Virus record (IMG/VR): IMGVR_UViG_3300020182_000034
Span: 1 to 61,762 of that record
Reading direction: 5' to 3' (one strand)
Origin: a virus
Lineage: Duplodnaviria > Caudoviricetes
DNA: 61,762 nt
A program made the translations under genes and the position numbers. A model generated the notes under the pieces. It was not told the origin of the DNA. It worked only from the letters and a program-made list of their open reading frames with translations, and made no database searches. Shown here one piece after another: positions 56,443 to 61,762 of the stretch (position 1 is the stretch's first letter; each line of letters begins with the position of its first letter).

Positions 56443-57389
56443 TCTTTTATATATTCCGTGATGTCCCTCTGTGCTACAAGTTTCTCTATATTGTCTAATA
56501 AGTGAGGGTATAATCTGTAGGCGGGGTTTTTTATGCAGTTCTTTAACATGGTCCCCGCCATACTCGCGTCGTAATGAAGTGGAAGCGTGAACCTATCATT
56601 GATCAACCACCTGGCTAGGTACGAGTATTGTACTACTCCGTACTGCGTGCAGTATTTAGAAAAAGTGAAAACCGGCTTTCCGTGGTGATAAGGTATATAC
56701 CTGATTCCGGAGTCTATAGCCAGCATAGCAGAGCATCTTGATGATATGTCAAATATGCCCTCAAGCGTGTCGCTGATAAAATGCAGTCTAGGGTTATCGC
56801 TAAGCATTAGAGATTCGTATTTACCTTTAGACTCTTCATTGTACAATACGACAACATCAAGTTCCTGCGTTATGTTCTCCAATAGTCGCGATATGTACCA
56901 ACCCTCCATATTGGAGTCCGCCCCTTCTCTCGCGTAAAGGTGAGCAAGTATGAACTTACTGGGTAATTCATGCTTTAGCGAGCCAACAATCTCTGGCTTG
57001 GGGAATACATTAAAATGCTTGAACCAGTCGTAGTCGTGATTCATCCATTCCAGGGAGTCAACATGTAGGTCATAAAATCTATCGTAAGAGTCTGTCATTC
57101 GCTCGCGGTCCACATTCGGAACGTTCTCAATGGACCCCCTGTAATCCTCCTCTGGAAAATTAGAGGATTTTATTCTCAAGCTTTTATACTTCTTGCTTTT
57201 TAGAACAAACACCTTGTTGAAGTGTGAGGGCCATACTTTCGAGAGTAGTCCTGATTGAGTTTCACTTCCCTCTGTGTCAGACCACAAGTCTATCTCGCAA
57301 TCTCCGTGAAGCTCTCTTATCGCAGGGATAAACCTGTTTGCCAACAAGTGGTCCCCTAACCCTCCCTCCATTCGCACGGAAATTCTCAC
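56439..57389 (-). CDS. GT-B glycosyltransferase (GT9-like)
   Basis: EGGLGDHL and LAIDSGIRYI..GKPVF. Confidence 0.6.
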   Translation of the reverse strand: MRISVRMEGGLGDHLLANRFIPAIRELHGDCEIDLWSDTEGSETQSGLLSKVWPSHFNKVFVLKSKKYKSLRIKSSNFPEEDYRGSIENVPNVDRERMTDSYDRFYDLHVDSLEWMNHDYDWFKHFNVFPKPEIVGSLKHELPSKFILAHLYAREGADSNMEGWYISRLLENITQELDVVVLYNEESKGKYESLMLSDNPRLHFISDTLEGIFDISSRCSAMLAIDSGIRYIPYHHGKPVFTFSKYCTQYGVVQYSYLARWLINDRFTLPLHYDASMAGTMLKNCIKNPAYRLYPHLLDNIEKLVAQRDITEYIKE

Positions 57390-57700
57390 TGGCGCTGCCC
57401 CCTTATTAAGCTATTCTTATCACCAAGGATAACGGTAGTTAGTTGGGTTAATGTTTTATTGCATGTCTTCTTTCTTCTTATGTGTTTGGCTCTAGACAGC
57501 CTACCCAGGCTTGCAGAGATCTTACCGTACGACATCCCTCCCAGGTCGCTACCTATTCTCTCGTTCGAAAAAAATATAGGTTTACCGTGGGAAGCCTTGC
57601 ATACGAGATAGTTATAAACAACTAGATCATTTCCGATCAATTTGCCAGACACAACATCTTCTTGTATTACTAATGGAATTTGCATAAATGTTTTCATCAT
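57386..57700 (-). CDS. Winged helix-turn-helix protein
   Basis: DLVVYNYL..FFSNERIGSDLG.MSYGKISASLGRL..HI matches the wHTH pattern seen in phage replication-initiator N-termini. Confidence 0.6.
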   Translation of the reverse strand: MMKTFMQIPLVIQEDVVSGKLIGNDLVVYNYLVCKASHGKPIFFSNERIGSDLGGMSYGKISASLGRLSRAKHIRRKKTCNKTLTQLTTVILGDKNSLIRGQRQ

Positions 57701-57705
57701 GTTCG

Positions 57706-57734
57706 ATAATACATTAAGATTGCTTTTTTGTCAA
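57706..57734 (-). promoter_or_regulatory. Sigma70 promoter TTGACA-N17-TATTAT driving the leftward operon
   Basis: -35 at 57734-57729, -10 at 57711-57706, ATG 5 nt downstream. Confidence 0.75.
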
Positions 57735-57739
57735 GCTGA

Positions 57740-57780
57740 ATTCAAATAATTGAACAAGCCACATTCAAATAATTGAACAA
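57740..57780. repeat. Two 18-bp direct repeats ATTCAAATAATTGAACAA, each with the palindrome TTCAA-N4-TTGAA (operator or iteron)
   Basis: Copies at 57740-57757 and 57763-57780; period 23 bp. Confidence 0.85.
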
Positions 57781-57840
57781 CGTTAATAGTATAGATAAAC
57801 AATAATATAGATTTTATTTTATATATATAAATATAAGATA

Positions 57841-57869
57841 TTGACAACTGATGAAAAATATGTTATATT
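57841..57869 (+). promoter_or_regulatory. Sigma70 promoter TTGACA-N17-TATATT with extended -10 TG
   Basis: -35 at 57841-57846, -10 at 57864-57869, ATG at 57876. Confidence 0.75.
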
Positions 57870-57875
57870 GTGAGA

Positions 57876-58217
57876 ATGAAATTTTTAGATCTAAGTGATG
57901 GTAAGTATTTTTTAGTAAAATGCTCTGACTGGTCTGCTGTTATTCAGGCAGACAACGAAACAGATGCGTGCACTAATTCTTTAAGAAATATGATTGACAA
58001 ACACGGGGGAGAATTAAAACTATCTTCTGTAATAATTTCTCAAGAACTAAACCCCGACATCTTCGAGCAGCTTAATCGGGCAAGGGAGAATGAGGATTTA
58101 GATTACGACGAGGATCCGTATGATGAATATGTATCTTACCATTCGGTAGCTATGATGCTTGCAAACGCAGGAATGCACGACCTATCTTCCAACGTAAAGA
58201 CAATATTCGGAGCATAA
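57876..58217 (+). CDS. Hypothetical protein
   Basis: Start moved from GTG 57870 to ATG 57876 because the GTG abuts the -10 box. Confidence 0.6.
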   Translation: MKFLDLSDGKYFLVKCSDWSAVIQADNETDACTNSLRNMIDKHGGELKLSSVIISQELNPDIFEQLNRARENEDLDYDEDPYDEYVSYHSVAMMLANAGMHDLSSNVKTIFGA

Positions 58218-58218
58218 T

Positions 58219-58767
58219 ATGAGTCTCATAGGTATTTCAGGATTAGCGAGGTCAGGGAAGGATTCTTTTTACGAAAGAAGCGTTCCTTTCTTGAAGGAGA
58301 AAAACTTAAAGTGCAAGAGGTTAGCTTTTGCGGACGAACTCAAGAGAGAGTGCAATTTATTACTAAGGAGGTACACAAACGTGTCTGCATTCACGACAGA
58401 CAACGAAGAAAAGAAGATGGTTAGGCCCCTACTAATATCTTACGGAACCCATATTCGAAGGAGAATAAACCCCAACTGCTGGATAGAGTCCATAGAGCCG
58501 GAAGTTATAAATAAACTTGAGCAAGGTTACGCAGTATTCATAACTGATGTTAGGTATCAAAACGAAATAGAGTGGCTGCATAAACTAAAAGGAAAAACAG
58601 TGCACATCGAGAGGGTCGGAGTGAAACCCCCAAACAGGGAGGAAGAACTTAACGACCCAATCTTAAAGAAGAAATCCACAGTAAGATTACAGTGGGACGA
58701 CTTCCTGGAAAATGAAGATGAAGAAATATCGAAAAAAGTAAAAGAAACCTTAGAATCTATTTTATGA
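58219..58767 (+). CDS. Deoxynucleoside monophosphate kinase
   Basis: IGISGLARSGKD P-loop, LAFADELK, R..L..YGT..R, ITDVRYQNE. Confidence 0.8.
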   Translation: MSLIGISGLARSGKDSFYERSVPFLKEKNLKCKRLAFADELKRECNLLLRRYTNVSAFTTDNEEKKMVRPLLISYGTHIRRRINPNCWIESIEPEVINKLEQGYAVFITDVRYQNEIEWLHKLKGKTVHIERVGVKPPNREEELNDPILKKKSTVRLQWDDFLENEDEEISKKVKETLESIL

Positions 58768-59369
58768 ACGAAGAAAAAACCGACCAGCAAATAATCCAAG
58801 AACTACAAGAAGATATTAACGTAGAGGAAAACTTAAACCATTTAGTAGACAGGCACAGTGGGATATATTTAGACATGGTAAACGCTTTTGCTAGCCCCAA
58901 CAATCAATTCATTGACCACAAGGAACTGGTTAACGACAAGTACTACAAGATATACAATACGGCCATAAAGTTTGATGAAACCAAAGGAGCCAAGTTCAGC
59001 ACTTACCTCGGAAACGAAACAAAATGGATGTGCTTAAACATATACAACAAAAACAAAAGAAAACCTTTATTTTCTAGCGAATTTATAGAAAATATGGCAG
59101 GAGAGGAAGATACTTCGTGCGACACCATATCGGAGAGCATAAAAGAGGATATGTTTAATAAAGTTTTATCAATAATAAAAAAGCACCCAGACAAGAGGGT
59201 CGAAAAGATATTCACAATGAGATACATAACAGGAAACAAAAACAAAGTAATGCCATGGAGGAGTATAGGAAGCAAGGTAAACTTGAGTATTCAAGGTTGC
59301 ATAAACGTCCACAACTCGGCAGTAAAACACATACAGGAGAAATTGGTGGGAGAATTAAATTTTGAATAA
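58764..59369 (+). CDS. Phage-encoded sigma70-family RNA polymerase sigma factor
   Basis: Region 2.3-like AIKFDETKGAKFSTY; region 4-like IFTMRY..MPWRSIGSKVNLSIQGCINVHNSAVKHI. Confidence 0.75.
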   Translation: MNEEKTDQQIIQELQEDINVEENLNHLVDRHSGIYLDMVNAFASPNNQFIDHKELVNDKYYKIYNTAIKFDETKGAKFSTYLGNETKWMCLNIYNKNKRKPLFSSEFIENMAGEEDTSCDTISESIKEDMFNKVLSIIKKHPDKRVEKIFTMRYITGNKNKVMPWRSIGSKVNLSIQGCINVHNSAVKHIQEKLVGELNFE

Positions 59370-59748
59370 ATATATAGCACTGGGAAACCTAACAAGAGAC
59401 CCTGAATTAAAAAACGTTAAAAACGACAATAAGGTCTGCAGTTTTAGTATCGCGATAAATAACAAGCTCAACGACACAACCTTCTACGTAGATGTAGAAA
59501 CCTGGAACAAGACAGCAGAGAACTGCTCTAGATTCCTATCGAAGGGAAGGAAGGTTCTTATTGAGGGAAGGTTACAACTGAACACTTGGCAATCAAAGAC
59601 CGGAGAAAACAGGAGCAAGGTGTATTGCGTGGCGGACATGGTGACGTTCTTAGACAAGTCCACAGAACCCAAAAAAGATAGTATTGCAGAACAAGTGGCC
59701 TCCAAAATCATGGAAGAAGAGGACGATTTCGCAGATATACCGTTTTAA
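59362..59748 (+). CDS. ssb: Single-stranded DNA-binding protein
   Basis: MNK..LGNLTRDPEL, W.KTAE....LSKGRKVLIEGRLQ, acidic tail DDFADIPF. Confidence 0.95.
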   Translation: MNKYIALGNLTRDPELKNVKNDNKVCSFSIAINNKLNDTTFYVDVETWNKTAENCSRFLSKGRKVLIEGRLQLNTWQSKTGENRSKVYCVADMVTFLDKSTEPKKDSIAEQVASKIMEEEDDFADIPF

Positions 59749-59753
59749 TAATT

Positions 59754-60809
59754 ATGAAAAATATAATATACAAAGGGCCGCTAAACTCATTATCTTTTGG
59801 CAACGTGTCCTACAACTTACTAAAAGCTATGTACAAAGAGGGTATGGATGTATCTATATTTCCAAGTGGTAATATAGATGTTAGTGCGTTTGGGAAAGTA
59901 GAGGAAGGTTTTAAGTCTTGGATGGAGCAAGGAATAAACGATAGATTTTCCTCGATGAAGTCTTCGGATACTACATTGCAGATGTGGCACTTAAACGGTT
60001 CGGAGAATAGGGTGTCATCAAAACAGATTCTGTATACATTTTACGAACTTGACAATCCGACAGAGTCGGAAAGGAACCTCGCAAGTTTCCAAGATAAAGT
60101 GGTATTCAGCTCTTCTCAAGCTCAGTCGTTATTTTCAGGGTCAGGCTTTGCCCCGTTAGGGTTTGATGATTCTTTTTGTAAGACTAATAAAACGTACCTA
60201 CAGGACAAGGTTCACTTTGGGCTGATGGGTAAGTTTGAAAAGAGAAAGCATACTGAGAAAATAATAAGATCATGGATAAAGAAATACGGAAATAATTTTA
60301 AATACCAATTAACTTGCTGCGTAACGAACCCGTTCTTTAAGAAAGAACAAATGGAATCCTTACTAAGTAACATTTTAGAAGGAAAGAGGTATGGAAACAT
60401 AAACTTCCTGCCATTCCTGCCTAAGAATTCACAAGTTAACGATTACCTAAATTCAATAGATATAGACTTGGGGGGAATGAGTGGCGCAGAAGGCTGGAAC
60501 CTTCCTTCTTTTAACGCTACCTGTTTAGGCAAGTGGAGTATAGTATTAAACTCTAGCTCGCACAAGGATTGGGCGAATAAAGATAACTCTATTCTCGTGA
60601 ATCCAAACGGAAAAGAGCCATGTTACGACAATGTGTTTTTCAAGGAAGGTGCTGAGTTCAACCAGGGCAATATATATACATTTGATCAAGATGAATTTAT
60701 ATCAGCAATGGAAAAAGCTGAAACAAAATGTAATATAAACAACATTGAAGGTGAAAAATTAAAAGAAAAATTCACTTATAGCAACACCTTAAAGAAAATA
60801 TTAGAATAA
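59754..60809 (+). CDS. GT4-like glycosyltransferase
   Basis: PLGFD, GKFEKRK, SGAEGWNLPSFNATCLGK. Confidence 0.7.
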   Translation: MKNIIYKGPLNSLSFGNVSYNLLKAMYKEGMDVSIFPSGNIDVSAFGKVEEGFKSWMEQGINDRFSSMKSSDTTLQMWHLNGSENRVSSKQILYTFYELDNPTESERNLASFQDKVVFSSSQAQSLFSGSGFAPLGFDDSFCKTNKTYLQDKVHFGLMGKFEKRKHTEKIIRSWIKKYGNNFKYQLTCCVTNPFFKKEQMESLLSNILEGKRYGNINFLPFLPKNSQVNDYLNSIDIDLGGMSGAEGWNLPSFNATCLGKWSIVLNSSSHKDWANKDNSILVNPNGKEPCYDNVFFKEGAEFNQGNIYTFDQDEFISAMEKAETKCNINNIEGEKLKEKFTYSNTLKKILE

Positions 60810-61153
60810 TGCCACTATATACATACGAGCATCCCGAAACAGAAGAGACTGTAGATATTATACAGTCAATGAAAGAGGATCATATATATATTGACGACAA
60901 AGGGTTGCAGTGGAGAAGGGTGTTTTATGCCCCGAGAGCTTCAATAGACTCAAGCATAGACCCTTTTGACAAAGAAGCTTTTAAGTCTAAAACTTTTAAC
61001 AAAAAAGGTTCGTACAACGACGTTCTTGAAAAAAGCAAGGAACTAGGCCAAATGAGGAAGGATAAGCTAGGTTACGATCCAGTTCAAAAAAAATACTTCG
61101 AGGATTATAGCAGCAAGAGAAGGGGTATCAAACACCCACAGGATAATAGTTAA
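60809..61153 (+). CDS. Small protein with FmdB-like N-terminus lacking the Cys ligands
   Basis: MPLYTYEHPET..DIIQSM..RRVF. Confidence 0.45.
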   Translation: MPLYTYEHPETEETVDIIQSMKEDHIYIDDKGLQWRRVFYAPRASIDSSIDPFDKEAFKSKTFNKKGSYNDVLEKSKELGQMRKDKLGYDPVQKKYFEDYSSKRRGIKHPQDNS

Positions 61154-61160
61154 GAAATAA

Positions 61161-61167
61161 GTGTAAT
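61161..61167 (+). promoter_or_regulatory. GTGTAAT motif
   Basis: 10 nt upstream of ATG 61178. Confidence 0.55.
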
Positions 61168-61177
61168 AACTCCCGAT

Positions 61178-61762
61178 ATGCCTACGGGAGAATTTAAAAA
61201 CAATCCGTTATACACGGATATAACGAAGCTGGATCACCTTTCGCCTTCGCCGAACTTCACATACAACTGGAATAAAGCTTCTGGTCGTTGGGAGCCGGCG
61301 GGAGGAATGAAGATCGAGAATCTTAATGTTGAGGAATTAAACATTGATTTAACCTCAACGAATAGCATACTTCAAGGTATTGCTAGAAATGTTTCAGACA
61401 TAGAGGGCCTAATACCTTCTATATCCGGGGAGCTTTCTGTTTCAAATTCTCAAGGAATTGAAGCTCATCGCTTACTTTCTGGCATATCAGGAGAACTCTC
61501 AAGCTTAGAAACAGAAGACGTAGAGACACATCGCTTACTCTCTGGCATATCTGGAGAACTTTCAAATATACACGTTGATGTCGAACTTGACAACGATACC
61601 GAAGCTCATCGCTTACTTTCTGGCATATCAGGAGAACTCTCAAGCCTAGAAACAGAAGACGTAGAGACACATCGCTTACTCTCTGGCATATCTGGAGAAC
61701 TTTCAAATATACACGTTGATGTCGAACTTGACAACGATACCGAAGCTCATCGCTTACTCTCT
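61178..61762 (+). CDS. Repeat-containing protein, possibly structural (3' partial; absent from the ORF track)
   Basis: MPTGEFKNNPLYTD... open to the window end; repeats HRLLSGISGELS. Confidence 0.75.
   Translation, partial: MPTGEFKNNPLYTDITKLDHLSPSPNFTYNWNKASGRWEPAGGMKIENLNVEELNIDLTSTNSILQGIARNVSDIEGLIPSISGELSVSNSQGIEAHRLLSGISGELSSLETEDVETHRLLSGISGELSNIHVDVELDNDTEAHRLLSGISGELSSLETEDVETHRLLSGISGELSNIHVDVELDNDTEAHRLLS
61460..61762 (+). repeat. 141-bp tandem repeat made of alternating 63- and 78-bp subunits
   Basis: Units start at 61460, 61601 and 61742; core CATCGCTTACTYTCTGGCATATCWGGAGAACTYTCAA. Confidence 0.9.

Noticed and set aside
46423-57389. Bacterial chromosomal LPS locus, implying a prophage boundary or chimeric contig
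   Set aside because: Flanked on both sides by phage-type genes, interleaved with DNA-binding genes, and lacking transport, polymerase or housekeeping genes
1385-61706. Many 60-160 aa ORFs in the track that overlap long genes (e.g. 1839..2201, 15274..15660, 49316..49786, 61419..61706)
   Set aside because: They are antisense or out-of-frame shadows of well-supported genes and show no recognisable motifs
61460-61762. About 36-bp repeats with short spacers as a CRISPR array
   Set aside because: The spacers themselves repeat, periods are multiples of 3 and the region is an open reading frame
1-61762. Stop-codon reassignment
   Set aside because: Very long ORFs are intact under the standard code, and TAA, TAG and TGA all end genes at sensible boundaries

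Overview
This window is a fragment of a large tailed dsDNA phage genome, densely coding in the standard genetic code. I see no rRNA, tRNA, CRISPR array, integrase or reverse transcriptase. The lambda-like gpM/L/K/I/J tail tip and the 2214-aa tape measure protein point to a siphovirus-type tail. 1-45.7 kb is a virion morphogenesis region: tail fibres, several tail-tube-like paralogues, head-tail joining genes, chaperones, tape measure, and large tail-tip proteins carrying added domains (GDSL esterase, HEXXH protease, CBM-like, TSP3 and DUF285 repeats). 45.7-57.7 kb (minus strand) is a glycan-modification cluster that also holds a putative ssDNA-annealing protein and a Whirly-like ssDNA-binding protein. 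57.7-57.9 kb is a divergent control region, followed by dNMP kinase, a phage sigma factor, SSB, a glycosyltransferase and a partial repeat protein. The most notable signals are: (i) GGxVPNFA-delimited cassettes in the tape measure protein, one resembling a PD-(D/E)xK nuclease; (ii) a recurrent GTGTA upstream motif, a candidate late promoter for the phage sigma factor, often placed so the mRNA would be leaderless; (iii) a Whirly-like protein; (iv) a tail fibre built of divergent modules joined by DNA-identical 27-bp anchors. All family assignments are by-eye motif recognition; no database search was run.
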